A stretch of DNA of 64,000 bases from positions 4,320 to 68,319 of the forward strand of contig JAZRIG010000040.1 of assembly GCA_045645145.1 (NCBI GenBank), read 5' to 3'. Shown here in pieces: positions 19,950-29,425 of the stretch. Origin of the DNA: Acutalibacteraceae bacterium (lineage in GTDB: Bacteria > Bacillota > Clostridia > Oscillospirales > Acutalibacteraceae). The translations under genes and the position numbers were made by a program. A model generated the notes under the pieces. The model had not been told where the DNA came from. It saw nothing but the letters and a program-made list of their open reading frames with translations, and searched no databases. Each line of letters starts with the position of its first letter. Position 1 is the first letter of the stretch.

Positions 19950-21335
19950 TTATTTTTCAATAACATAGGTTGCGTAAGCAAGCATCTCTCCGCGAAGGAA
20001 ATCAACTGCATTGAAAACAATTTTATCTTCATAAACGGTAACTATCATTCCCTCTGAGGAACGCATGTAATGCTCGGTTTTATCATCCAAATTTGCCTGT
20101 GTTCTTCTGGGAGATGATACGCTTGAAATATGAATCATGGTTGCGTATTCGCCGCCGTAATTTGCAATGTTAAGGTTTGGATTAAGTTCCTGCATATCAT
20201 AAGCCCAATGAGAATGACCGTTGAAATAAACAACGTTTTCATATTTATCCATCATTCCTCTGAAACGGACTTCATCAGCACATCCGGATGTAAATGCCAG
20301 GTCATAGTGATGACCCTTATTGTTCAGAAGATTGCCCTCGCCCATCTTGGGTTCTTCGCCTTCAACGGGATTATCGAGGAAGGTGTGGAAGAAAAGATAA
20401 ACTGTTTTATCCTTATATTTTTCAAACTGAACCTCAAGCCAGTCAAGCTGCTCATCCTGCAAAATACGACTGTTTGCTTCGCCATAATCCCAGGCATACT
20501 GTGAAAGGAAAATGAACACATCACCGTTTGCAGCTTCGGGAGCATAAACAAAATCCATTCCGTTTGCAGCAACATCCGCAACACCGTCAGCCTTTTTCTC
20601 GCCGTAAACACCGGCATTCATAAGCTCCTGCCAGTTTTCTTTTGTGAAGTACTTGCTGACATCGTGGTTGCCCGTGCAGGTATAAACAGGGAAATCATAG
20701 TTTGAAACTATGCTGTTATATTTTTCAAAGGCATCTCTTTCACCGTCAGCAGAAATATCGCCCGAAATTCCGACAATCTCAACACCAAACTGCTCAATAA
20801 AATTAAGAGCATTGGGGAATGTCAGGCAAGCATCATCGCCGCTGAGAGAGCCGTTGTATCTGTTAAAATGAACATCGCTGAGAGCACCAAACGAGTATGC
20901 CTTTTCACCGTAATCAGCAAGCTTTTCATCGGGGATTTCCGTTTCGCCAACAAGAACCTTGAATCTATAGGCAAGAATGGTTTCAGCACCCTCGGGGATA
21001 GCTGTGAACTCCTGAATTTCCAAGCTGCCCTCGCCGCCCGAAACGCTGACAGTCGCAAACTCACTGTAATAAGCCGTATAATCGCCAACATCAACAGAAA
21101 GCTTTTCGCCGTCCTCATTGCCCCAATAAAGGTCATATTCACCGTTCATTGAAGCAGTAACGGTAACTTCACCGGCCGCAGAACCGGCCTCATTATTTGC
21201 AAAAGCATACTCAATCTGCGCCGAGTTATCCACAAACGGAAGCGAAACTGAAATGCTGTTGAATGCAATAACAATCGGCATAACCATTGTAAAAAACATT
21301 GCTGAAATTTTTGTAAGAATACCGAGCATTTTCAT
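19950..21335 (-). CDS. Exported calcineurin-like metallophosphoesterase
   Basis: SDVH, GD, GNHD, FHT, GHSH motifs; hydrophobic N-terminus. Confidence 0.85.
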   Translation of the reverse strand: MKMLGILTKISAMFFTMVMPIVIAFNSISVSLPFVDNSAQIEYAFANNEAGSAAGEVTVTASMNGEYDLYWGNEDGEKLSVDVGDYTAYYSEFATVSVSGGEGSLEIQEFTAIPEGAETILAYRFKVLVGETEIPDEKLADYGEKAYSFGALSDVHFNRYNGSLSGDDACLTFPNALNFIEQFGVEIVGISGDISADGERDAFEKYNSIVSNYDFPVYTCTGNHDVSKYFTKENWQELMNAGVYGEKKADGVADVAANGMDFVYAPEAANGDVFIFLSQYAWDYGEANSRILQDEQLDWLEVQFEKYKDKTVYLFFHTFLDNPVEGEEPKMGEGNLLNNKGHHYDLAFTSGCADEVRFRGMMDKYENVVYFNGHSHWAYDMQELNPNLNIANYGGEYATMIHISSVSSPRRTQANLDDKTEHYMRSSEGMIVTVYEDKIVFNAVDFLRGEMLAYATYVIEK

Positions 21336-21353
21336 TTCTCCTTTAGATTTAAA

Positions 21354-22040
21354 TTACATCAACGCAACCGACATTGCAAGCAATATCTGCGCCGGATAAT
21401 ATGTTGAAAGTTCAATTGTAACCAAAACATTTTTTCTTTTGACCGGAGTAAAATAGAGGAAGGCAAGGCATGTGTCGCTGATAAAGAACAGGCAAGAACC
21501 AATGAACGAAAGCCACCATGCAGGGTTTGGGTCAGACACAAGCAATACCGCAGAAGCTGAAATCTTATAAGCCAAAGCTCCATAATAAACACTCATAATT
21601 ATCCAAAGCTTTGCATCCACCTTCATTTTCAAAACCTTTATCACGACAAGCGCAAACAAAAAGCCTGCAATGCCAAAAAGCAATGCCGCCAAATTGAAAC
21701 CACTAATCGAAAGAAAGGCTGACAAAAAGAAAATATGGCCAATCAAAAAATAAAGGGTTCCCAGCGGAATAAGCTTCCCTCTGAAAGAGGGAGCAACCTC
21801 TTTTATACCAAGCAAAACATCGCCGAAAAAGCCGAAAAACAATGCAAAGCATACGAGGCAGAAATAATATGTATTTTGCGGATTCATGCAATATCCGACA
21901 ATGGCAACCGAAATGAAACCGAAGCTTGCCATAAATTTGCACATCATGCCCTCAAAAGCTTTTCCCTTTCGGCGAAAAGCAACGCAGCCGACGGCAAAAA
22001 CAACAGTAATCAAAGCCAAAGCGTAGCAAATCGGTGACAT
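21354..22040 (-). CDS. YhhN/TMEM86 (lysoplasmalogenase-like) membrane protein
   Basis: K..AS..F, GDVLL, FLIGH, FFISD, YYPAQ pattern; multiple TM segments. Confidence 0.8.
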   Translation of the reverse strand: MSPICYALALITVVFAVGCVAFRRKGKAFEGMMCKFMASFGFISVAIVGYCMNPQNTYYFCLVCFALFFGFFGDVLLGIKEVAPSFRGKLIPLGTLYFLIGHIFFLSAFLSISGFNLAALLFGIAGFLFALVVIKVLKMKVDAKLWIIMSVYYGALAYKISASAVLLVSDPNPAWWLSFIGSCLFFISDTCLAFLYFTPVKRKNVLVTIELSTYYPAQILLAMSVALM

Positions 22041-22051
22041 AAAATTCCTCC

Positions 22052-22789
22052 CTATTCTTTTTCAAATATCGCCCATTTGCCTACAGCGGAAAATCCGATT
22101 TGATTATAGAATGCAAGAAGTCCGTCATTTCTGCAAAAAAGAAAAACTTCCTTTTCGGATTTTTTCTCTGCAAGCATTCCGACAAGTCCGGAAGCATAAC
22201 CCTTGCCCCTTGAATCGGGCGACGTTGCAACTGCGCCAAGCAAAACACTTTTTGTTCCTTCAAACAAAGCAAATGCGCACGCTTTCAGAGCACCGTTTTC
22301 TTCAACGGCCGCAAATGAAGCTGTTCCTTTGTTAAGCCTTGCGCAAACATCGGCAAGAAATGAGCCGTAATCGCCAAGCTCAAAACCGCACAAACAAAGC
22401 AAATCATATATTGGGCGTTTGTCGCAGTCATCAACAAAATCGGTTTTTTTTATCCTTACACCACCGTTGTATTTAACTGTGTAAGATGTTTTTTGAGGCT
22501 TAAAACCAAGTTTTGTCATGCATTGTTCCGAACAGGTCAGGCTGTTAAAGCCCGCTGCATTAATAAAAGCTGAAAGCTCCTCAAAATCGGCATTTTCGCA
22601 AGCGCAGACAGTCATATTGCCGTCAACTCTGCTTATGGCGGCAGTATACAGGCCGTCCGATTTTTGAACCCAAAACAGCGCAAAGCTCTGCTCTGCGCCG
22701 TAGGTATTAAAAAACGCGGTTATCCTTGCCGCATAAGGGTCTGCAGGCAAGAATTCAAGCTCCGAAGCGCATTTGCAAAGGCTTACCAT
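22052..22789 (-). CDS. GNAT-family N-acetyltransferase
   Basis: VAT.PDSRGKGYA and FYNQIGF acetyl-CoA binding motifs. Confidence 0.85.
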   Translation of the reverse strand: MVSLCKCASELEFLPADPYAARITAFFNTYGAEQSFALFWVQKSDGLYTAAISRVDGNMTVCACENADFEELSAFINAAGFNSLTCSEQCMTKLGFKPQKTSYTVKYNGGVRIKKTDFVDDCDKRPIYDLLCLCGFELGDYGSFLADVCARLNKGTASFAAVEENGALKACAFALFEGTKSVLLGAVATSPDSRGKGYASGLVGMLAEKKSEKEVFLFCRNDGLLAFYNQIGFSAVGKWAIFEKE

Positions 22790-23802
22790 GCGGCAAATTC
22801 CTCCGCCATCGCTTTAATCAAACGAAAGCTTTCCTGCGCATCGCTGTATTTTATAACACAGCCGGGAGAATGAAGATAACGGCAGGGAATCGAAACCGTC
22901 AGCACCTTAACGCCGCCACGGCTTTTATGAATAGCACCTGCATCATTGCCGCCCGCAACCATGGTTTTGGGCTGGCATGCTATCCCCTCTCTCTCAGCAA
23001 CCTCAAAAGCCTTATCAAAAAGCTCGCGGTTATAAAGTGTGCTTCGGTCCATAAAAGAAACCGCGCCGCCGCTGCCGCAAAGGCAAACTCTTTTTTCATC
23101 CTTCACGCCTGAAATATCTGCCGCAGTTGTTGTTTCAACAACAATTGCATAATCGGGCGCAACGGTGAATGCCGATGTCTGCGCCCCTCTTGTGCCGATT
23201 TCTTCCTGCACGCTGAAAGAAAACCATGTATCATATTCAAGGTCGCTTTTTATCATTTCAATCAATATTGCACAGCCTGCTCTGTCATCAAGAGCTTTTG
23301 CCTTGACAAAGCCGTCGCCAAACTCAACAAAATCGCTTGCAAACCATGCGGAATCGCCAAGCTTAACATATTCTTGCGCTTCTTCTTTGCTTTTTGCGCC
23401 GATATCAATATAAAGGTCATCAATCTTTGGTATATCAGCCTCCGCGCCCTTATCAACAAGATGAACGGGCTTGATACCGATAACGCCGTTAACCGCCTTA
23501 TCGCCAACCTTAACGGTTCTGCCAAGCATAACGCGGCTGTCAATGCCGCCAACCTTAACAAATTTCAAATACCCCTCGGAAGTGATTGCCGTTATAATAA
23601 GACCCACTTCGTCCATGTGCGCATCAAGCATAACTTTGTTTTTGGCAGGCTTTTTTCCTTTTTTGAACACAATAAGATTGCCGAGCGGGTCAATGCTGTA
23701 TTCGGCATAATCTTTGATTTGAGAAACTATATATTCACGAACGGCATTTTCTCTGCCTGAAATTCCGGAAAGGGTGCAAAGTTCTTTAATTAATTCAAGC
23801 AT
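22783..23802 (-). CDS. M42 (TET) aminopeptidase
   Basis: AHMDEVG, KALDDR, QEEIG, GGND, RYLH; ATG 23802 after GAAAGGAG. Confidence 0.9.
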   Translation of the reverse strand: MLELIKELCTLSGISGRENAVREYIVSQIKDYAEYSIDPLGNLIVFKKGKKPAKNKVMLDAHMDEVGLIITAITSEGYLKFVKVGGIDSRVMLGRTVKVGDKAVNGVIGIKPVHLVDKGAEADIPKIDDLYIDIGAKSKEEAQEYVKLGDSAWFASDFVEFGDGFVKAKALDDRAGCAILIEMIKSDLEYDTWFSFSVQEEIGTRGAQTSAFTVAPDYAIVVETTTAADISGVKDEKRVCLCGSGGAVSFMDRSTLYNRELFDKAFEVAEREGIACQPKTMVAGGNDAGAIHKSRGGVKVLTVSIPCRYLHSPGCVIKYSDAQESFRLIKAMAEEFAAW

Positions 23803-24829
23803 TCGAACCGCTCCTTTCAACTATATACTCAGCCATCAGTCTTGCCGTATTTTCAATATCCTCAAGGTCACACACCTCTACTGCGGTGTGCATATTTCTC
23901 AGCGGAACTGACAAAAGCGCGGTTTTAACACCTTTACCCGCAACCTGTATCTGGTCACAGTTGGTTCCTGTTTTGCCTCCCATTACCTCGGCTTGGTTCT
24001 TAATGTTTCTATTCTCTGCAATCTCGGAAAGCTTTATGCTCATTCCGTAATCAAGCGAAGGGCCGTAACCGATCATTGTTCCGCCGCCGAGCTCTGCATA
24101 TTTTTCGCTGCTTACTCCAGGTGCGGATGCAAAACTGACATCAACAGCAATTGCTTCATCGGCATCAGCAGCAAAAGCGCCCGCCTGAGCACCGCTGCCG
24201 CCCGTTTCCTCCTGAACGGAGAACATAACGCTGATTTTGCAGTTAAGCTCCCTGCCTCTCAATATTTCGAGGCATCTGAGAACAGCCGCAACACCCGCCC
24301 TGTTATCAACAGAAGGCGAGCTTATACGGTTGCCGAGCAATCTTGTAAAATTGCCGTTAAAGGTGATTCTGTCGCCCGGTGACACAAGTTTTTTTGCATT
24401 TTCGCTGCTTAAGCCTATATCAACGGCAATATCATCAAAGCCCTTGGCTTTGTTTGCTTCCTCGGGCTTTGAAAGGTGAGGCGGCGTTGAAGTGATAACT
24501 CCGAAAAGCTTTTCTTTGCCGTGAACCGTAACCTCTGCCGCAGCAAGAACGCGGATATCCGCACCGCCGCATTTGGTAACTTTTAAAAAACCGACGTCAT
24601 CTATCGCAGTCACAACAAGACCAATCTGGTCAAGGTGGGCATCAAGCAAAATATGAACATCGCCGCTTCCGATTGAGCCCGTTACACTTCCGAGTGCGTC
24701 AATCTGAACAGGCATATATTTTCCAAGCAGCTCAGCCGCAACTTTTGCGGCTTCATTCTCTGCGCCCGAAACTCCGCTTGCGGCACAAAGCCTTTCAAGC
24801 AGGGCAGAAACTTCGGAATAATCTGTCAT
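23795..24829 (-). CDS. M42 (TET) aminopeptidase paralog
   Basis: AHLDQIG, VDNR, QEETG, VDVS, RNMHT. Confidence 0.88.
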   Translation of the reverse strand: MTDYSEVSALLERLCAASGVSGAENEAAKVAAELLGKYMPVQIDALGSVTGSIGSGDVHILLDAHLDQIGLVVTAIDDVGFLKVTKCGGADIRVLAAAEVTVHGKEKLFGVITSTPPHLSKPEEANKAKGFDDIAVDIGLSSENAKKLVSPGDRITFNGNFTRLLGNRISSPSVDNRAGVAAVLRCLEILRGRELNCKISVMFSVQEETGGSGAQAGAFAADADEAIAVDVSFASAPGVSSEKYAELGGGTMIGYGPSLDYGMSIKLSEIAENRNIKNQAEVMGGKTGTNCDQIQVAGKGVKTALLSVPLRNMHTAVEVCDLEDIENTARLMAEYIVERSGSNA

Positions 24830-24849
24830 AATTCAATACCTCACGGTTA

Positions 24850-26130
24850 TCAGATAACTTTGATTCCGCCTTCGGGACGGATATTAAGAACATAGCAGGA
24901 TTTCTCACCGAATACGGCGCAAATTCTTGACTTGAACTCTTCAAGAAGCTCCATGGGAACAAAAGCCTGAATCGTTCCTGCAAAGCCGCCGCCGTGAACT
25001 CTCCATGCGCCTTTGCCAAGCAAAACATCCTGGCAGATTGCAAGTGCTACGCTCACGGGCTGATTTTCGGGAGCGCGGCATGTGTAAACATTCTGATTAT
25101 ACATATAAGAAGAAAATCCGCTTTCAATCACGAGTGCCTTGAACGCATTGAAATCGCCGCTCTTGAGTGCTGCAGCCTGCTTGGCAACTCTGTCATTCTC
25201 ATTATAAAAATGCATTGCACGAAGAACCGCTCTGTCGCCTGCCACATCGCGGATAACGGAAATATTCTTTTCAAATTCGCTTCTGTCAACATCGCGGAGA
25301 ACGCCTTTGCCGAACTTTGCGGCAACCGCTTCCATCTCGCCGCGTACAGCAGCGTATTCATCGGTCAAATCGGAGTGGTCTCCGCCTGTATCAACTATGC
25401 AGAGAGCATGGCTGCTTGAACCGAAATCAAAATCAAGCTTTTCAATAACGGGAACCGAGGGGTCATTGAAATCAATCTTTACAAAACCGCCTACGGAGCA
25501 TGCCATCTGGTCCATGAGTCCGCAGGGCTTGCCGAAATATTCATTTTCAGCAAACTGAGCTATCTGAGCAATTTCAACTGCGCTGATTCTGCCGTCATTA
25601 TAAAGGTGGTTAAGCATTGTTCCGAGAAGAACTTCAAATGCGGCAGACGAAGAAAGGCCCGAGCCTGAAAGGACGTCCGAAGCTGTTGCGGCATCGAATC
25701 CGCCGATATTGTATCCTCTGTTTTTAAAGCCTGCGCAAACGCCTCTTACAAGAGCGGCGGACTTACCTCTTTCGGCAGGCATAACACCAAGGTCACTCAA
25801 ATCAACAACATCCATTTTGTAGCCCTCGGACTTAACTCTGACAATATTTTCGCTATTAACGCTTGCTGCGGCAACCGCATCAAGATTAACGCTTGCCGCA
25901 AGAACGCAGCCATGATTGTGGTCGGTATGATTACCGCCGACCTCTGTTCTTCCCGGTGCGCTGAACATGGCAACCTCTCTGTCAGCACCGAAAAGCTCTT
26001 CGAAATTAGAAACAATTCTGATATAACGCTCTTTTTGAGCTGCTATATCCTCACTTTTATAGTTTTTTGCAAAAACGCCTTCATATTCGGCGCCTGCAAG
26101 CTTCTCTTTTAAAGCTGTTGTCTTAATCAT
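24850..26130 (-). CDS. galK: Galactokinase
   Basis: APGRTEVGGNHTDH, GSGLSSSA, CGLMDQ, RVHGGGFAG. Confidence 0.9.
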   Translation of the reverse strand: MIKTTALKEKLAGAEYEGVFAKNYKSEDIAAQKERYIRIVSNFEELFGADREVAMFSAPGRTEVGGNHTDHNHGCVLAASVNLDAVAAASVNSENIVRVKSEGYKMDVVDLSDLGVMPAERGKSAALVRGVCAGFKNRGYNIGGFDAATASDVLSGSGLSSSAAFEVLLGTMLNHLYNDGRISAVEIAQIAQFAENEYFGKPCGLMDQMACSVGGFVKIDFNDPSVPVIEKLDFDFGSSSHALCIVDTGGDHSDLTDEYAAVRGEMEAVAAKFGKGVLRDVDRSEFEKNISVIRDVAGDRAVLRAMHFYNENDRVAKQAAALKSGDFNAFKALVIESGFSSYMYNQNVYTCRAPENQPVSVALAICQDVLLGKGAWRVHGGGFAGTIQAFVPMELLEEFKSRICAVFGEKSCYVLNIRPEGGIKVI

Positions 26131-26917
26131 TTTCGGCAATTCCTTTCTTTTGAAGTTTATTTATTTTTCTTTTCTTTGCATATTGAATTGTTTTTTCAAC
26201 CGTTGTCCAAACTCCGTTAACGGACAAAACAGAAACACCTGAGAAAAACAGCAACACGGCTATCGGCAACAGGAACCCTGATGACAGCGGGTCAAAAACA
26301 TTGCGTCCGACAAAAGTGAACGATATCAGCTTTGGCATGAATCCTATCACCGAAAGCAAAATGAATTTTTTATAGCCAAAGTTAAACGAACCGTAGATTC
26401 CGGATATGCTGTTAATCGGCATGCATGGAATCAGCCTCAGGGCAATAAGCAAAGCCGGATTTCCCTTTCCGTCCTGACAAATAAGATTTCTGAGTTTTTC
26501 GGTTTTGGATATAACCTTCCATGCATTGCCTGCGCCAAAACGCCTGCCCCAAAAATACCGAATTGTCAGCAAAACGGCAAATCCAAGAATATTAACGGGA
26601 ATGGCAAGATACATAGGCAGCACTACGCCTGTTAAAAAGCAAACCGTGGATGTTGCATATATCGGAAAAAAGCTTTTAACCGCAAAAAGCAGCAATATTG
26701 CGGCAATGAACTGCCACGCTTTGTCAAGATGAGCAATAAATTCTTCAAGCTCAGCAAGCCTGACCTTGGCATGCGAATACCATCGCCACAATTCGTCAAA
26801 CTGAAGCGAAAACAAAAGCACCGCAACGGCAAGCGACAGCGCTATCAATATTAATCCGCTGAAAAGCAGGAGTTTTTTTTGTTTTTTTCTTGTTTCCAAA
26901 AACTCACCGTTTCCCAT
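26123..26917 (-). CDS. VTT-domain (DedA/TVP38) membrane protein
   Basis: LRLIPCMP, GFMP motifs; several TM segments. Confidence 0.75.
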   Translation of the reverse strand: MGNGEFLETRKKQKKLLLFSGLILIALSLAVAVLLFSLQFDELWRWYSHAKVRLAELEEFIAHLDKAWQFIAAILLLFAVKSFFPIYATSTVCFLTGVVLPMYLAIPVNILGFAVLLTIRYFWGRRFGAGNAWKVISKTEKLRNLICQDGKGNPALLIALRLIPCMPINSISGIYGSFNFGYKKFILLSVIGFMPKLISFTFVGRNVFDPLSSGFLLPIAVLLFFSGVSVLSVNGVWTTVEKTIQYAKKRKINKLQKKGIAEND

Positions 26918-27051
26918 GTTATTTTTCCTAACATCTTATTTTATATTATTATTCTTTTCGGGTCAATAAGAAAACCAAATATTTTGCTGTTTTATTTTTT
27001 GTGTTTTATGCTATAATATTAAATATATTTGCAGAATACGGAGGAAATCAG

Positions 27052-27999
27052 ATGAAAATATGCGTGCTTGACGGTTTCACAACCAACCCCGGTGACCTTT
27101 CGTGGGATTGGCTCAAAGAGCTTGGAGACTGCAATATTTATGACCGCACTCCCGAAGAACTTGTTGCGCAGCGTACGGAAGGCTGCGAAATCGTTATAAC
27201 CAACAAAACTCCGCTCAGAAAAGAGCTTCTTGAATCTCTGACAAATCTGAAATATATCGGCCTGCTCAGCACAGGATACAACATTGTTGACTGGGAGTTC
27301 TGCCGCGAAAAAGGCATCCCCGTTTGCAATATTCCGTCCTACAGCACATCGGCAGTTGCTCAGCTTGTTTTTGCACTTATTCTTGAACATACAAACGCAG
27401 TTGCCGTTCACAGTCACTCCGTTCATTCGGGCGAATGGAGCGCATGCAAGGATTTTTGCTATTGGAAAACAAATCTCACCGAGCTTGACGGCAAAACACT
27501 CGGAATAATAGGCTTTGGCAAAATCGGCAAAGCTGTTGCAAAAATTGCAAGCGCCTTTGGAATGAACGTTGTTGCCAACACAAACCATCCGTCGGAATAT
27601 GAAAATGTTGAATTCTGCGAAAAGGACGAATTGCTTAGAAGAAGCGATTTCGTCAGCCTGCATTGTCCTCTTACCCCTGCAACACAAGGCATGGTCAATG
27701 CTGAATTCCTTGCAAAAATGAAAAAATCCGCTGTTCTTATCAACACTTCAAGAGGTCAGGTTGTTGACGAAAATGCGCTTGCCGATGCACTCAAAAACGG
27801 TGTGATTTCAGGAGCAGGTCTTGATGTGCTTGAAACCGAGCCTCCGAAATCCGACTGTCCCCTTTTCGGCCTTAAAAACTGCTATATCACCCCTCATATC
27901 GCATGGGCAGGCTTTGAAACAAGGGAAAGACTTATGAGAATTTGCCGAGAAAACATAAACGCTTTTCTGAACGGCTCTCCTATTAATATTGTCTATTAA
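27052..27999 (+). CDS. D-2-hydroxyacid dehydrogenase (glycerate dehydrogenase/HprA-like)
   Basis: LDGFTTNPGDL, GFGKIG, LHCP, INTSRG, DVLETEP, TPHIAW; ATG 27052 after GGAGG. Confidence 0.92.
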   Translation: MKICVLDGFTTNPGDLSWDWLKELGDCNIYDRTPEELVAQRTEGCEIVITNKTPLRKELLESLTNLKYIGLLSTGYNIVDWEFCREKGIPVCNIPSYSTSAVAQLVFALILEHTNAVAVHSHSVHSGEWSACKDFCYWKTNLTELDGKTLGIIGFGKIGKAVAKIASAFGMNVVANTNHPSEYENVEFCEKDELLRRSDFVSLHCPLTPATQGMVNAEFLAKMKKSAVLINTSRGQVVDENALADALKNGVISGAGLDVLETEPPKSDCPLFGLKNCYITPHIAWAGFETRERLMRICRENINAFLNGSPINIVY

Positions 28000-28004
28000 A
28001 AGGG

Positions 28005-28033
28005 TTGATATAATAAATACTGTATGATATAAT
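28005..28033 (+). promoter_or_regulatory. Strong sigma-A promoter of heptose/radical SAM operon
   Basis: TTGATA (28005-28010)-17 bp-TATAAT (28028-28033) with extended TG; GGAGG RBS at 28051. Confidence 0.8.
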
Positions 28034-28064
28034 ATAGGTTAGTCCAAAATGGAGGAAGTATAAA

Positions 28065-29045
28065 ATGATAATATCTCAAACTCCCGTGAGAATGTCATTT
28101 TTCGGCGGCGGAACTGATTTTCCCGAATTTTTTAATGAGCATTCAGGCGCGGTTATTTCAACAACCTTCAATAAATACTGCCATGTTAATGTCCGCCCAT
28201 TGCCGCCTTCAATGTTTGACTACAAAACATATCTTTCCTATGCACAAATCGAAAAAGTTAATTCCGTTGATGAAATACAGCATCCTGCAATCAGAAACGC
28301 CATGAAATGGCTTGGGCTTGACAACGTTTGCCTAAACTATGATGCTGACCTTCCCGCCAAAACAGGGCTGGGAACAAGCAGCGCTTTTTCCGTTGGCATG
28401 CTCAACGCTTTATACACCATGCAGGGAATAACCAAAACCAAGCATGAGCTTGCCGATGATGCAATACATCTTGAACGAGTGCTCTGCAATGAGGCAGGCG
28501 GAATTCAGGACCAGATAGCCACAGCTTTCGGCGGCTTTAACCGTATCGACTTTGGCGAAAAAGGATATTCGGTCAAGCCTCTTGAAATTGAACCGATGAA
28601 AAAGCAGGAGCTTAACGAAAATCTTTTGCTTTTCTTTACGGGTCTTTCCCGTTTTTCTTTTCAAATCCAAAAAACCACCAAGCTCATGCTTCCAAAAAAG
28701 ACTGCAGAGCTTCTTGAAATATTAAAAATGGTTGACGAGGCAGAAAAAATTCTTGTTGAACCTTCACGCTCTCTCGATGATTTCGGGTTGATGCTCAACG
28801 AAACATGGAAACTCAAACGCAGCATCAGCCATGAAATATCAACAGATTTGATTGATGAACTGTATTGTAAAGCACTAAAAGCGGGGGCTCTCGGCGGCAA
28901 GCTTCTCGGAGCCGGCGGTGGTGGATGCCTTTTGTTCTATGTTCCCAAAGAGAAGCAACAGTCCGTCAGGGCAGCGCTTTCAGGAATGCTTGAAGTCGAA
29001 TTCAAGTTTGAAAATGAAGGAACAAAAATTATTTGCAACAACTGA
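28065..29045 (+). CDS. hddA: GHMP kinase, D-glycero-alpha-D-manno-heptose-7-phosphate 1-kinase type
   Basis: TPVRMSFFGGGTD, GLGTSS, G.QDQIA.AFGG, GGKLLGAGGGG; adjacent to HddC-GmhB. Confidence 0.82.
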   Translation: MIISQTPVRMSFFGGGTDFPEFFNEHSGAVISTTFNKYCHVNVRPLPPSMFDYKTYLSYAQIEKVNSVDEIQHPAIRNAMKWLGLDNVCLNYDADLPAKTGLGTSSAFSVGMLNALYTMQGITKTKHELADDAIHLERVLCNEAGGIQDQIATAFGGFNRIDFGEKGYSVKPLEIEPMKKQELNENLLLFFTGLSRFSFQIQKTTKLMLPKKTAELLEILKMVDEAEKILVEPSRSLDDFGLMLNETWKLKRSISHEISTDLIDELYCKALKAGALGGKLLGAGGGGCLLFYVPKEKQQSVRAALSGMLEVEFKFENEGTKIICNN

Positions 29046-29059
29046 CAATGGGGTAAAAA

Positions 29060-29425
29060 ATGATAAAAATTATCAAACCGGATTTTATTTTTGAAGATGA
29101 ACGCGGCACTCTTGTTCAGCTTATACATGAAGGCTACCGCCAGATAAACGTTGTAACCTCAAAAGCAGGTTTTGAACGAGGAAATCATTTTCACAGGCTC
29201 AACCGTGAGGGGTTCTATGTTGTTGACGGAGCATTCACTCTTGAAGCAAGCCTTAACGGTCAAAAAGAAACTTATGAGTTTAAAAAAGGTGATATGTTCA
29301 TTATTGAGCCTAATGTTCTGCACAGCTTTATCTATCATGAGGATTCAATCCTTGTGGCTTTTTATGACAAAGGCGTTGAACTGCCCGACGGCACAAAAGA
29401 TATCATTGCGGAGGCACAGAAATAA
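29060..29425 (+). CDS. Cupin NDP-sugar isomerase/epimerase (FdtA/QdtA/WxcM-like)
   Basis: FEDERGTL, RGNHFH...E, P..LH cupin motifs; nucleotide-sugar context. Confidence 0.7.
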   Translation: MIKIIKPDFIFEDERGTLVQLIHEGYRQINVVTSKAGFERGNHFHRLNREGFYVVDGAFTLEASLNGQKETYEFKKGDMFIIEPNVLHSFIYHEDSILVAFYDKGVELPDGTKDIIAEAQK

